DNA of 64,000 nt from an uncultured virus (IMG/VR IMGVR_UViG_3300002132_000024) (Duplodnaviria; Heunggongvirae; Uroviricota; Caudoviricetes). Under the pieces are notes generated by a model, which ran no database searches, was not told where the DNA came from, and was given only the letters and a program-made list of their open reading frames with translations. Below, piece after piece: positions 19,577-28,984 of the stretch (position 1 is its first letter; the number at the start of each line of letters is the position of its first letter). The stretch lies in the IMG/VR virus record IMGVR_UViG_3300002132_000024, positions 1-64,000 of that record; one strand, written 5' to 3'. The position numbers and the translations under genes were made by a program.

Positions 19577-20865
19577 TTTTTCTATTTCAAAATAAAAAAG
19601 AATTAACAAATTTTTCTAATTGTGATGATGTTAATTCGTCTGGAATCAATCGATTTACTGCTAGTCCTCTTGTATCAACTTTAAGATATAGTTTTTCAAA
19701 GTCTGCAACATTTGATTCATTCAATAACAGAACAAAGTACAAAAGTTATATTGTTCCATCTGGAGTGACGCATTCGCCCTGGGATTGGGCAGGCCATGCA
19801 GAACTAGAAAAAAATTATATGACGTCTAATAGAAATAGTGTATTCTTTTATATAGATCAAGAACTACTAACTGATTTACAGTCAAAGAAAGCATACTTAC
19901 TTTTAGATCAAAGTCACGAAGGGTACCATGAAGAATGGTTGTTTTATTGGTTTCATTATTGTTGTACAGTTTATAAAATTCCTGTTAGTCAGATAATATA
20001 TGTCACTGGAAACTTGTCAGTAGAAACACAATATGCAGATTGGTGCAAACGTAATAATACATCAGAACGTATGTGTGTTATACCCCATATACAGTTTGAA
20101 AGATTTACCTATGATTCGGTCACACAGCAACTAAAGATATTGCCAACAGTTAGTGAACATATACGTTATAAGACAGCTAATGAGTCAACCTTATTAACAT
20201 ATAACTGTTTTCAAAAACGTGCAAGGCCTCACAGGATCTGGTTATTTCATGCATTATGGAAAAACAATTTACTTTCAGATGGTATTAATAGTATGAATAG
20301 TTTTTTTAAAAATAATTCATACTATGAAGAAAAATCAATAACTGATGAAGATTACGAGCAAATGGTTAAGTTGTTGCCTATGTTTCCTAGATCTAATATG
20401 GATGATACATTAAAACAAGATTTCAAAGGCACATCAGCCGACTCGTTTGTAAGAGATTTATATCATATAGAAACACGTAATTCTTGGGTGAGTATAGTAA
20501 GTGAAGCATCTTTTGCAGAACGCACATGCTTTATAAGTGAGAAAACATTTAAACCGATCGCTGCTAGACACCCTTTTATATTATACGGTAATAAACATAG
20601 TCTGAGATATATTCGAGAACTAGGATACAAAACTTTTGATGGTGTTATTGACGAATCATATGACGAGTTAGATTCTTGGGAACGATTAGACGCTATCATT
20701 AAACAGATACAAATAATAAAAAATATGTCTCACAGTAAAAAAATAGAATGGTTCGAATCGATGAGAGCTATCTTAGATTACAACTTTGAAGTTTTAAAAA
20801 ATAATTCAATAAAGCAGCCTAGCTCAGTTTCAAAGGTACGAGAATATGTATTACAACCAAATTAA
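19573..20865 (+). CDS. Putative GT-B-like glycosyltransferase
   Basis: C-terminal SIVSEA...FISEKTFKPI...PFILYG...GYKTF resembles GT10/exostosin-like donor-binding motifs. Confidence 0.45.
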   Translation: MIFLFQNKKELTNFSNCDDVNSSGINRFTASPLVSTLRYSFSKSATFDSFNNRTKYKSYIVPSGVTHSPWDWAGHAELEKNYMTSNRNSVFFYIDQELLTDLQSKKAYLLLDQSHEGYHEEWLFYWFHYCCTVYKIPVSQIIYVTGNLSVETQYADWCKRNNTSERMCVIPHIQFERFTYDSVTQQLKILPTVSEHIRYKTANESTLLTYNCFQKRARPHRIWLFHALWKNNLLSDGINSMNSFFKNNSYYEEKSITDEDYEQMVKLLPMFPRSNMDDTLKQDFKGTSADSFVRDLYHIETRNSWVSIVSEASFAERTCFISEKTFKPIAARHPFILYGNKHSLRYIRELGYKTFDGVIDESYDELDSWERLDAIIKQIQIIKNMSHSKKIEWFESMRAILDYNFEVLKNNSIKQPSSVSKVREYVLQPN

Positions 20866-21862
20866 AGAAATAAATCAAAGTTTAAAAAGAACTAAGAAAG
20901 CTATTATAAGTCTCGGGTGTTCGTTTGTCGAAGGTCAAGGCGCAATTGATCAGGAATTATATGATAGGTTAGAGTGGACAATGGAGCGTACAGGAGTTCC
21001 TATGGAACCTAATCTTAGTCGTAGCGATATGATTGATATTGTAAAACAATATCCTGAACTGTATATAGAACATAATAAAATAAATTGGACACACATGCAA
21101 CACAACAATGCATTTGTGAATGTTCTTTGTAAAAAATATTTTGAAGGAGAATATACCCCAATTAATCTAGGTAGAGCAGGTAGGGGCAATCGAGCAACTA
21201 TTAAAAGTTTATATACATGGCCGCAGTTAAATTGGGGAGATATAGAAGAATTGATGGTGTTGTATGTCCCCAGCGGCCAAGAGAGGTTTGATTTAGTATC
21301 GGATCAATTTAATGATTTTAATCAGTTTCAATGTATGTGGCCTCACTGGAAAGATCAACTAGAGAATACACCTCGTAGGATGTTATGGCAAGGATACGGA
21401 GAGGCAGTTTACTCTACTAAATCAGCTGCAATAGAACAGCTATTGCATGTCCAAGAATTAATCAACTGGTGTAAAGTACATAACGCTAAACTTGTGATAA
21501 CTCCAGCATTTGATAAAACGTATACTCGTGATTATTTCAAAGCATTTTTAAAACAAGGCTTTGAACGTGATATAGATCAAACTCTTATTTCTAACAAGGC
21601 CGATGTATCGAAAGATCAAGTTAAACACTTAGAAATGATGGTAGATCAATGGCCATGGGATAGTATGTTTCTTCCACAACAGTGTCCTACATTTATAGAC
21701 CTGTGTTTAAAACAAGAGAATATATCTAACGTTGGGTTCTGGGATTTTAATGGAGTAGGAACAGAAAATAATTGGATAACAGTATGTTGTCACCCTAGTG
21801 CAAAAGCTCACGACTTATTTGCTAGCGAATTGCACAAGCACATCAAGGATATACACAAATGA
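20846..21862 (+). CDS. SGNH-hydrolase-like protein
   Basis: LGCSFVEG, INLGRAGRGN, C-terminal HPSAKAH. Confidence 0.55.
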   Translation: MYYNQIKEINQSLKRTKKAIISLGCSFVEGQGAIDQELYDRLEWTMERTGVPMEPNLSRSDMIDIVKQYPELYIEHNKINWTHMQHNNAFVNVLCKKYFEGEYTPINLGRAGRGNRATIKSLYTWPQLNWGDIEELMVLYVPSGQERFDLVSDQFNDFNQFQCMWPHWKDQLENTPRRMLWQGYGEAVYSTKSAAIEQLLHVQELINWCKVHNAKLVITPAFDKTYTRDYFKAFLKQGFERDIDQTLISNKADVSKDQVKHLEMMVDQWPWDSMFLPQQCPTFIDLCLKQENISNVGFWDFNGVGTENNWITVCCHPSAKAHDLFASELHKHIKDIHK

Positions 21863-22617
21863 ACTCTAGATCGCACATGCCAGGCTACTTTTCCGAAGAT
21901 AATCTGTTTAAAGTAAATTGGTTAACACTTGGCAACAATCGATTCTCTGGAACAGATGATGAAGCTGCTCTAGCTAGAAACTTGATCAGTCAACCAGACA
22001 CATGGCATTATAGAACTAAAAAGATTGAATATAAAGTGAATTCTCTTGGATATCGAACTAGAGAGTTTGCTGATATCTATTGGAAAGAGTCTATTGTTAT
22101 TATAGGATGTTCAATGGTAGCAGGAGTTGGCGTTGCTGAAGACGAAACTATAAGTCACTACTTAGAAAAATTATCAGGTCGTCCTGTTATCAACTTAGGA
22201 GTACCTGCGGCAGGTATTGATTTTGCATTGTATAATAACTTTCTTCTTAAGAAAAATTATCCAACACCATGGGCTGTTGTAAATGTATTTTCTAATATCA
22301 ATAGGCTAGTCACATTCAATGAAACACATATGGAGTTTAAAGGATTGTGGTCAGAAAGTGATGACTATTGGAAAGGCCACATGAAAACTATTCATAATTC
22401 TCTGATAAAGGGAATATTGGATTCTCAGCAAATACAGTATATGTGGAAAGATGCTAAATCTTTTAATGCGTCTTGGTTTGACGATACTGTACAATATTGC
22501 GAGGTTGACAAACTATATTTTACAAATACAGCAAGAGATTTAATGCATTGTGGTGCTGAATCTAACAACCACAATGCAGAAATCATTTATTCAAAATTAA
22601 AAAATAGTATCTGTTGA
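21859..22617 (+). CDS. SGNH-hydrolase-like protein
   Basis: NSLGYR, IGCSMVAGVG, INLGVPAAG, RDLMHCG. Confidence 0.55.
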   Translation: MNSRSHMPGYFSEDNLFKVNWLTLGNNRFSGTDDEAALARNLISQPDTWHYRTKKIEYKVNSLGYRTREFADIYWKESIVIIGCSMVAGVGVAEDETISHYLEKLSGRPVINLGVPAAGIDFALYNNFLLKKNYPTPWAVVNVFSNINRLVTFNETHMEFKGLWSESDDYWKGHMKTIHNSLIKGILDSQQIQYMWKDAKSFNASWFDDTVQYCEVDKLYFTNTARDLMHCGAESNNHNAEIIYSKLKNSIC

Positions 22618-22902
22618 ATCTTTAATATCAGATTTAAGACGATTTATATTAACTTTAAAATCTATTTTAACTATTTCGTCTTTATATTCTGTTAGTGTGT
22701 TAAGCAGTGTATCTGCGATAGATTCTGGATCTTTCTTAGTTAGTTCTGTTTTAATATCAATCTCCCACACCCTGCCGTCTTCAAATACTAGATGTATAAA
22801 GTCTAGATATGCTACAGGCATGGTATTCATATAGAGATCATCAAAAACCTCCGGCCATTCTTTTACAAGATGACGCGGAGGTTTAAACAGTGGATTAGGC
22901 AT
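22597..22902 (-). CDS. Hypothetical protein
   Basis: Last ORF of the minus-strand block; overlaps the convergent gene by 21 nt. Confidence 0.65.
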   Translation of the reverse strand: MPNPLFKPPRHLVKEWPEVFDDLYMNTMPVAYLDFIHLVFEDGRVWEIDIKTELTKKDPESIADTLLNTLTEYKDEIVKIDFKVNINRLKSDIKDSTDTIF

Positions 22903-23548
22903 CAGCAGGTTCTTCTACTTTTTTAGATGCTTTCTTAACTGCAGGATCTAAAAGGTCTGCTTCTTTACGTAAACGTGCTGCTTCTTTGTACATAGCATCA
23001 GCTTGACTGCGATACGATTTAGCAATATCCTTATCAGATAATGCTTCTGCACTTGATGCTTGTGCTCTTACTGGTGCAGGAACATCTGGATCAACTAACG
23101 GTTGTGCTTCTGCATTAGCAACTACAGGGGCATTTGGATCTTTCTTAGGAGCACCTTTAACAAATGTAGTAAGATCATCAACTGTGCAATTCTTCTGTTC
23201 AGCAATAAGCACGTTTAACTGAGATAGTAAAATAGTATCGTTAGTAGTTGGAGTCATTGTGATAGCATCAGTTGCAACTTTCTGCAATCTTCCATCTGCT
23301 TGCATTGCTTGAAGCATAGGTCGTCCATCTGGAAACGGTCTGATGAACATAATCTCACCAAATTCAAACGCTTCTTGTGATTGATCACTTTCTACTGTAG
23401 TCATGATAGAATCATGATATACGTCTGGCAAGTTGTGAACTGGTAATACCAATGCCATATTCGATTCGCCCGGTAGTGTTCTAAAAACAACCAATACTTT
23501 TACGCCTGTGTTGTTAATTCTACCAATGTGTTTTAATGTTCCGGCCAT
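22895..23548 (-). CDS. Hypothetical phage protein
   Basis: 217 aa, GGAGG RBS, C-terminal coiled coil. Confidence 0.7.
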   Translation of the reverse strand: MAGTLKHIGRINNTGVKVLVVFRTLPGESNMALVLPVHNLPDVYHDSIMTTVESDQSQEAFEFGEIMFIRPFPDGRPMLQAMQADGRLQKVATDAITMTPTTNDTILLSQLNVLIAEQKNCTVDDLTTFVKGAPKKDPNAPVVANAEAQPLVDPDVPAPVRAQASSAEALSDKDIAKSYRSQADAMYKEAARLRKEADLLDPAVKKASKKVEEPADA

Positions 23549-23551
23549 GAT

Positions 23552-23797
23552 TTAGCCCTCCTTTTTAGCGACAGCTTCTAAGAAAGCACTTAGTTTGTTG
23601 AATGTCTTACCAACTGCTTCGTATTCGGCTGCTTTAAACGCTCCACGTGATGTTGCAACTTCGATAATGCTCTTTAGAGCAGTTAAATCGCTGATATTTA
23701 AATCTGCAGGACCTGGCTGCGGCGCAGCATTTGTTGCCTGAGTAGATTCGGGTGCTGCTTGTTCAGCAATTTCTGTTTCTTTAATTTCTTCAGTCAT
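23552..23797 (-). CDS. Hypothetical protein
   Basis: AAGGAG RBS before MTEEIK. Confidence 0.65.
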   Translation of the reverse strand: MTEEIKETEIAEQAAPESTQATNAAPQPGPADLNISDLTALKSIIEVATSRGAFKAAEYEAVGKTFNKLSAFLEAVAKKEG

Positions 23798-24072
23798 TAG
23801 TTTCTCCTTAATAATGGACATGCTAGCATAAAGTATGTTAGTTCTTTTGAATCTTCAAACCCGACAACTGTAGCTGATCGCACACGACCTGTACGATCTA
23901 TACCAGGTTGTCTTAAAAGATAATATCTACCTTTTAATTTATTCCTAATCCAGTCGTCAATGCTGCTGTCGAAAATAGTAGACTCTGGCACTTCAGCTTT
24001 TTTAAAGTGCGGAGGAGTAGTACTTAGTTTTCGTTGTTTTAAAACGTCTATTGGGTTTAGATCGAACATCAT
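23797..24072 (-). CDS. Hypothetical protein (probably late, leaderless)
   Basis: TAAATA at 24078-24083 lies 5 nt before the ATG. Confidence 0.6.
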   Translation of the reverse strand: MMFDLNPIDVLKQRKLSTTPPHFKKAEVPESTIFDSSIDDWIRNKLKGRYYLLRQPGIDRTGRVRSATVVGFEDSKELTYFMLACPLLRRN

Positions 24073-24093
24073 GAAAATATTTATATATGTAGT

Positions 24094-24498
24094 TTATTCT
24101 GGGAGTGATTCTTGGCTTAATCTTTTAGATAATGCTTTGTTATACCCTATTTTCCTTATATCGCCTGAAAATAGATAAAGTTCAAATGCTGCTTTTTCTT
24201 TCATTACAATGATATACTTCTTGGTTATAAAGAATGGTGAATCAATAAACTGATCTAACCATATCAAAACTTGTGGAGTTATTGCAAAATCTTTTGGAAA
24301 TTCTACTTTGTATGTTTTTATTTTAGCATGTTCTTCTATGAATTGCAATGCGTGTTCAGTAAGGCGTAGCCCGCCTGTTTCTTTTTGTCTAAAGTTCCAC
24401 CACCAAACTACGTTATACTTGTTTAGTGTTTCTTGATCTGTTTCTAAGTTTGCTGCTCGCAAGAATACTTTAGTGTAAGCATCCTTTGCATTGGTCAT
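24094..24498 (-). CDS. Hypothetical phage protein
   Basis: ATGA overlap with the upstream ORF. Confidence 0.65.
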   Translation of the reverse strand: MTNAKDAYTKVFLRAANLETDQETLNKYNVVWWWNFRQKETGGLRLTEHALQFIEEHAKIKTYKVEFPKDFAITPQVLIWLDQFIDSPFFITKKYIIVMKEKAAFELYLFSGDIRKIGYNKALSKRLSQESLPE

Positions 24499-24779
24499 TG
24501 AATCTCTTCGCCATTTGTTAGTTTAAACACAGAGAAGTCGGTACACTTAAACAACTGATTTAACTTTTTAGCTAAATTGTGTGCATGTCCGGGATTTGAA
24601 AAAGATACTTTTTTATACTTTGGCCCGGGATAGCTAGCAATTAGACTACCGCTCTTTAGATTAAACGGTTGACCTTTATAAAACACAGCCCAGATAGCAT
24701 CGGACTCTAAGATTTGTTCTATCTTATAGGTATCTTTATTGGCGTGCTCTAAAATAATTTTTGGTTTCGGTCTGCTCAT
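24495..24779 (-). CDS. Hypothetical basic protein
   Basis: ORF preceded by a late promoter and hairpin. Confidence 0.65.
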   Translation of the reverse strand: MSRPKPKIILEHANKDTYKIEQILESDAIWAVFYKGQPFNLKSGSLIASYPGPKYKKVSFSNPGHAHNLAKKLNQLFKCTDFSVFKLTNGEEIQ

Positions 24780-24815
24780 ATATACGTGTTTCCTAATTAA
24801 CCACGTATATATTTA
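24778..24815 (-). promoter_or_regulatory. Late promoter (24810-24815) overlapping an 11-bp hairpin over the RBS/start
   Basis: ATATATACGTG (24778-24788) and CACGTATATAT (24802-24812) form a perfect inverted repeat. Confidence 0.6.
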
Positions 24816-24821
24816 TATGAT

Positions 24822-25070
24822 TTAGAAGTTCCCGCCGTCGAATTTAACGTCGATATTGGTAGTAGATTCTTTAATCTCTGCTAGGTATTGATGTATTTCA
24901 CCTACAGTACGGCCTAGTCTAGCAGTTAAGATAGCTAGTTCAGCAGTTAGATCTCTAGCTTCTTGTATAGTAATGCGTATTTCTTTCTGTTGACTTCTGT
25001 CGGCAATAGAAATACGTTGAATTAGTTTTTCAACTGTAGGTAATGTAGCAGGCAAATTATTTTGAGACAT
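24822..25070 (-). CDS. Hypothetical protein
   Basis: Contiguous ORF. Confidence 0.6.
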   Translation of the reverse strand: MSQNNLPATLPTVEKLIQRISIADRSQQKEIRITIQEARDLTAELAILTARLGRTVGEIHQYLAEIKESTTNIDVKFDGGNF

Positions 25071-25533
25071 TTGCTAGTACCTGTTTCATCTCAATGTCAG
25101 TTTTAAAAGGGCCTTTAAACGGATATCGTTCGAGTGTAATCTTTTTAGGACAAAAACTCTTTACCCAACCTTTATCAAACTTAATTGTATAATATCCAGC
25201 GCAGTATAAACTTTTTGAATCACTGCTCTTTGTAAACAGTGGAAGCTTCTTGCGAATATCAAACATAGCGTTATGCGGTTCGGTACTTGTAGGATAACCG
25301 TGAACTTCGTTAGGTAGTGCAGTATTTGCTTCTTTAACAATCTTAACAGTGAAAAATGTTTTACCAAACTCTCGAGTTAGGCTTTCTTTAGTATCGTAAA
25401 TTTTAACACCATCTTCATTGCTCATTACAAAACGATTATCTTCGTTCTTTCTTAGTGTAGCAATTTTAATTCCGTCTTGTTCAATAATCCAGAATTTATC
25501 TGCAATAATTGGTTTAGCTAAAAAGTCTGTCAT
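25057..25533 (-). CDS. Hypothetical phage protein
   Basis: GAGG RBS, ATGA overlap. Confidence 0.7.
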   Translation of the reverse strand: MTDFLAKPIIADKFWIIEQDGIKIATLRKNEDNRFVMSNEDGVKIYDTKESLTREFGKTFFTVKIVKEANTALPNEVHGYPTSTEPHNAMFDIRKKLPLFTKSSDSKSLYCAGYYTIKFDKGWVKSFCPKKITLERYPFKGPFKTDIEMKQVLANVSK

Positions 25534-26516
25534 TGTGTGTACCTCGCATTAAGTGGTTCTGCATAAGCCTGTGCTTGATCCGAAATCTTTTTAAGATCGT
25601 ATAGATTACAGAATTTAATAAGTCTAATACCAACCTGACTAATATTTTTATTAGCGCCAGTAGCATGTGCAATTGTTTCAAACATGATTTGTTTAACGTC
25701 CTCGGGCTGATGTGCAAGATCAATCAAACGACGATTACGTTCGTAATCTTCTAATACTCGATGTTCAAGCCCGTTATGATCAGTCCACCGTTGCAACATT
25801 AAGTTATTCCAGTTGAAGCCTTTAGTATTACGATCTTCAAATGCTTCAGTAAGGCCAACTTTCTTGCTAGTGCCTTTAGTGCGAACACCGGGATATGCAC
25901 TAAACACATTATCGCTCGTGTCGCCACGCATACATTTTTCAAACAACAGCCATTCTGGATTTGGGATTGCTTTAGGCTCTTGTGTTTTCTTATCGATCAC
26001 ACGTTTGCCTTTTGCATCAAAGATACCTTCGTGTGTAATAGTAGTTTCCATTACACCGTTGTACTGTTTCACATTAGGTGCAATTAGCTGTACGAAATCT
26101 GTGTCTGTGCTGATAATAACATGATCGTCATTAGGATGACTCTGAATCCAGCCAGCAATTAAGTCGTCTGCTTCTAAGCGAGAATTTTGCAAAACTGTAC
26201 AGTTTGTTTTATCTGCAATAAAGTCTTTAAACGTGTCAAATGCTTCCCAGAAGATTTTTTCTTCGTCTGCTTCTTTTTCTGTATGCGCAGCACGGGCGGC
26301 TGCACGTTGAGCTTTGTAAGGAGCATAGTAATCTTTGCGCCAGCTACGCCCTTCTAAACAGAAGATAACGTGACTGCCGTTAAAGTCTTGCCAAGCCTTC
26401 TTTACACTGTTGAGTGTAATATGAAAAGCCATGCCTAGTTTGATATCAGCATCGCCGTTAATAACGTGCCTTGCACGGAAGAATGTATTTGCCGTATCAA
26501 CTAAAATATATGTCAT
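25530..26516 (-). CDS. rnh: 5'-3' exonuclease/flap endonuclease (T4 RNase H-like)
   Basis: LVDTAN, SWRKDYYAPYK, EADDLIA, ISTDTDFVQL, GDTSDNV, PGV. Confidence 0.9.
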   Translation of the reverse strand: MTYILVDTANTFFRARHVINGDADIKLGMAFHITLNSVKKAWQDFNGSHVIFCLEGRSWRKDYYAPYKAQRAAARAAHTEKEADEEKIFWEAFDTFKDFIADKTNCTVLQNSRLEADDLIAGWIQSHPNDDHVIISTDTDFVQLIAPNVKQYNGVMETTITHEGIFDAKGKRVIDKKTQEPKAIPNPEWLLFEKCMRGDTSDNVFSAYPGVRTKGTSKKVGLTEAFEDRNTKGFNWNNLMLQRWTDHNGLEHRVLEDYERNRRLIDLAHQPEDVKQIMFETIAHATGANKNISQVGIRLIKFCNLYDLKKISDQAQAYAEPLNARYTQ

Positions 26517-26953
26517 GTGTTCTTCTTTTTAATTTCGTTAATGTCAAGTGAACCAGTCTTAATCGGACCACCAAAGTCGCCGTCAACAACTACGTTAGCA
26601 CAGAGTTCACGGAACCAACGATCTACAATTTCTTCCTCTAGATCGCCTTCTTCGCCGTATCCTTCTTGCCTTAATTGTAGCACAAACTGTGGGTTCCAGT
26701 CAAGTTCAAAGAAGCCGTTTCTAACATTTTCTTTGTTTACGTGAGTATTAACAACACCAACCCACGCTTCTTTTTTACGTGTAGCACGAGCTTTTGGATC
26801 TAGCTTTGCTAGTTCTTCTGCTTCCTTAGCACGATCCGCCTCCGCTGTTGATAGTTTTGCTCTTTCAGTCGCTTCAGCCGCTATTACTATTGAACGTTCT
26901 ACTTCTGCTCGAACTTTATCAATACCAAATAATTTTTCAATCCACTTACGCAT
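26513..26953 (-). CDS. Hypothetical phage protein
   Basis: TAATG coupling to queE; FFELDWN motif. Confidence 0.65.
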   Translation of the reverse strand: MRKWIEKLFGIDKVRAEVERSIVIAAEATERAKLSTAEADRAKEAEELAKLDPKARATRKKEAWVGVVNTHVNKENVRNGFFELDWNPQFVLQLRQEGYGEEGDLEEEIVDRWFRELCANVVVDGDFGGPIKTGSLDINEIKKKNT

Positions 26954-27798
26954 TAAGTACCCCACTCGTTTTTAAATAAAGGCACTTGCAGTCTATCACT
27001 ATATCGCAAACCATGCTTCATTGCTAACAATGCTACATTCTTATTGTTTAATGCATAGACGCTTTCTACACCACCCACTGGCATTAAGTAAACGTGTCCT
27101 TTAAATCCTGCTGCACGATATTCCTCAACAGCACGTTCTGCATCAGCAAAGTCTTGTTCTGTAGCAATAACAAACTTCAAGTATGCTGTACCTACTTCTT
27201 CGTACTCACAAACAACTTCTGGAAGGATCGCTTCTTCCCACTTCTCGCCACTACATGGAAGTTTAGCACTTACACTAAATGTGACTTCATGTCCAACTGT
27301 ACTGTTCCACTTAGCTAACCAGCCTTTAAATTCCGGAGTAAGTTTCTGAGTACCATTTGTTTCAAATGTAATCTCTTTCAAGTCACGCATCTTAGGATTG
27401 TTTAGTAAATCTGGATAAGCACGTTGCCATCCTAGTAAAGGCTCACCGCCTGTAATAACCAGGTGCTCGTCCTTCCAGTGATCTTGCGGAAGAATTTCCA
27501 TAATACGATCTACAATAGCTTCACTAGTAAGCATTGGACTTAAATGTTTAAAACGAGGATCCCAACTAGCATAGCTGTCACATCCTGTACTTACTAGTGG
27601 CAGTTCTTTATAATCTTTAAAGTCTGCAACACGAGATACTATTGCCTCAAGTTCGTTTGAAAGTTCTCCTCGAGGCATGCCGAATCCAGCACATTTAAAA
27701 TTGCATCCGAAGACACGTAGGAAAACAGAAGGAACGCCCATGTAGCGTCCTTCACCTTGAATGCTGTAGAACAGCTCTGCTATTTTTAATTTGCTCAT
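26953..27798 (-). CDS. queE: 7-carboxy-7-deazaguanine synthase (radical SAM)
   Basis: ELFYSIQGEG...VFLRVFGCNFKC...GCDS, VITGGEP, ETNGT, YLMP, RLQV. Confidence 0.9.
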   Translation of the reverse strand: MSKLKIAELFYSIQGEGRYMGVPSVFLRVFGCNFKCAGFGMPRGELSNELEAIVSRVADFKDYKELPLVSTGCDSYASWDPRFKHLSPMLTSEAIVDRIMEILPQDHWKDEHLVITGGEPLLGWQRAYPDLLNNPKMRDLKEITFETNGTQKLTPEFKGWLAKWNSTVGHEVTFSVSAKLPCSGEKWEEAILPEVVCEYEEVGTAYLKFVIATEQDFADAERAVEEYRAAGFKGHVYLMPVGGVESVYALNNKNVALLAMKHGLRYSDRLQVPLFKNEWGT

Positions 27799-27804
27799 GT
27801 TATT

Positions 27805-27834
27805 ATTATACACTCTTTTCTGAATCGTTGTCAA
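27805..27834 (-). promoter_or_regulatory. sigma70 promoter TTGACA-N18-TATAAT
   Basis: Exact hexamers at 27829-27834 and 27805-27810; queE ATG 6 nt after the -10. Confidence 0.75.
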
Positions 27835-28006
27835 CCTTTTTTGACAATATAAATGTGCCGTCTTTACCTTCATCCCAAATTAGGGTATCTCCAAAATCCC
27901 AACCTACTTGTGCTAGCAGGTCTGGAGGAAATGGAAGAACCAAATCACCGGTATCTGGATCTTCCTCGAGTTTTATTGTCCATGTTCGCTGAGCATTATC
28001 TTGCAT
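27806..28006 (-). CDS. AbrB/MazE-like small DNA-binding protein
   Basis: GDLVLPFPPDLLAQVGWDFGDTLIW swapped-hairpin pattern. Confidence 0.55.
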   Translation of the reverse strand: MQDNAQRTWTIKLEEDPDTGDLVLPFPPDLLAQVGWDFGDTLIWDEGKDGTFILSKKVDNDSEKSV

Positions 28007-28164
28007 AAAAAAGCATCCTTTTCATCTTTAAAAATAAATTCCATCCAATTAGTATCTAGTTTAGTAGTATACTTGCCGCCTGGAAGTCCGTAATGTTCTA
28101 ATACCCTAATACACAATTCGTTCCAGTTTATACTAGAAGTCCAGCGAATATGTACTGTATTCAT
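27973..28164 (-). CDS. Hypothetical protein
   Basis: Contiguous small ORF. Confidence 0.55.
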   Translation of the reverse strand: MNTVHIRWTSSINWNELCIRVLEHYGLPGGKYTTKLDTNWMEFIFKDEKDAFLCKIMLSEHGQ

Positions 28165-28374
28165 TTAGTCTTTAAAAAATTTATCAAGTACTTCGATCTG
28201 ATCGTGATAATCGGCTATAGCTTTAAGCTCGTGTTCGATGGCTTCAATAATATCAGAATGCTCGCCAATACCAACGGGATTAGCAAGATATACTTCTACG
28301 TTAGCACGATGTTTTTCAATAAGACCCCACGCATGATTACGCACAGCTTGTAATAGAGTTTCTCTCATTTCCAT
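28165..28374 (-). CDS. Hypothetical phage protein
   Basis: YLANPVGIGEHSDI motif, common in T4-like phages. Confidence 0.6.
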   Translation of the reverse strand: MEMRETLLQAVRNHAWGLIEKHRANVEVYLANPVGIGEHSDIIEAIEHELKAIADYHDQIEVLDKFFKD

Positions 28375-28754
28375 AATTTATAATTTCCTCTTTCTGGTAT
28401 AACGTGACGTACCCCGCCACGAGGGTCTTCCATGTCACCTTTCCTTCTTGGAATTAAGTGAACATGTGGCCAAGAGCAAGTTTGTCCTGCAACTTCACCA
28501 ACGTTGAGACCGATATTAAAGCCGTCCCACTCTCCGTCTAACATTCCTTTAAGACCTCGATCAACTGCATCGTTAAACGCATCTTTTAGAACATCAACAT
28601 TATTATACTTAGGTACAAACAGTCTGTGACCTTCTGTGACCGGATAGCTGTCTTTGTACACAGCAACATGAAAGTCGTCGTACTCTAATTCTGTCCAAGG
28701 AGCACCGTTGCTATCTTCCTTGTCCATTACTTCTGAAAAAATAACTTTTTTCAT
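28365..28754 (-). CDS. HIT family nucleotide hydrolase
   Basis: YPVTEGHRLFVPK, GFNIGLN, AGQT, HVHLIPR. Confidence 0.85.
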   Translation of the reverse strand: MKKVIFSEVMDKEDSNGAPWTELEYDDFHVAVYKDSYPVTEGHRLFVPKYNNVDVLKDAFNDAVDRGLKGMLDGEWDGFNIGLNVGEVAGQTCSWPHVHLIPRRKGDMEDPRGGVRHVIPERGNYKLWK

Positions 28755-28984
28755 CGCTTTCTCGCATATTCTCGTTGTTCGTCTGGCAAGTCACGGTCCT
28801 TTACGATAAACTCGTAGCCAGCCATATTGCCTACATAGTGAGCATGTTTAGCTTCAAATGCCATCTTAACTTTCACAGTGTTAATGGCAACTTCTAGAAA
28901 CTTTCCCCTATTGACATTTATAATATATCCGTCAACATTTTTATTTTTATCTGTGCAGTACACATCGATGCGTGTATCAATCAT
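28751..28984 (-). CDS. Hypothetical protein
   Basis: Overlapping ORF. Confidence 0.55.
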   Translation of the reverse strand: MIDTRIDVYCTDKNKNVDGYIINVNRGKFLEVAINTVKVKMAFEAKHAHYVGNMAGYEFIVKDRDLPDEQREYARKR

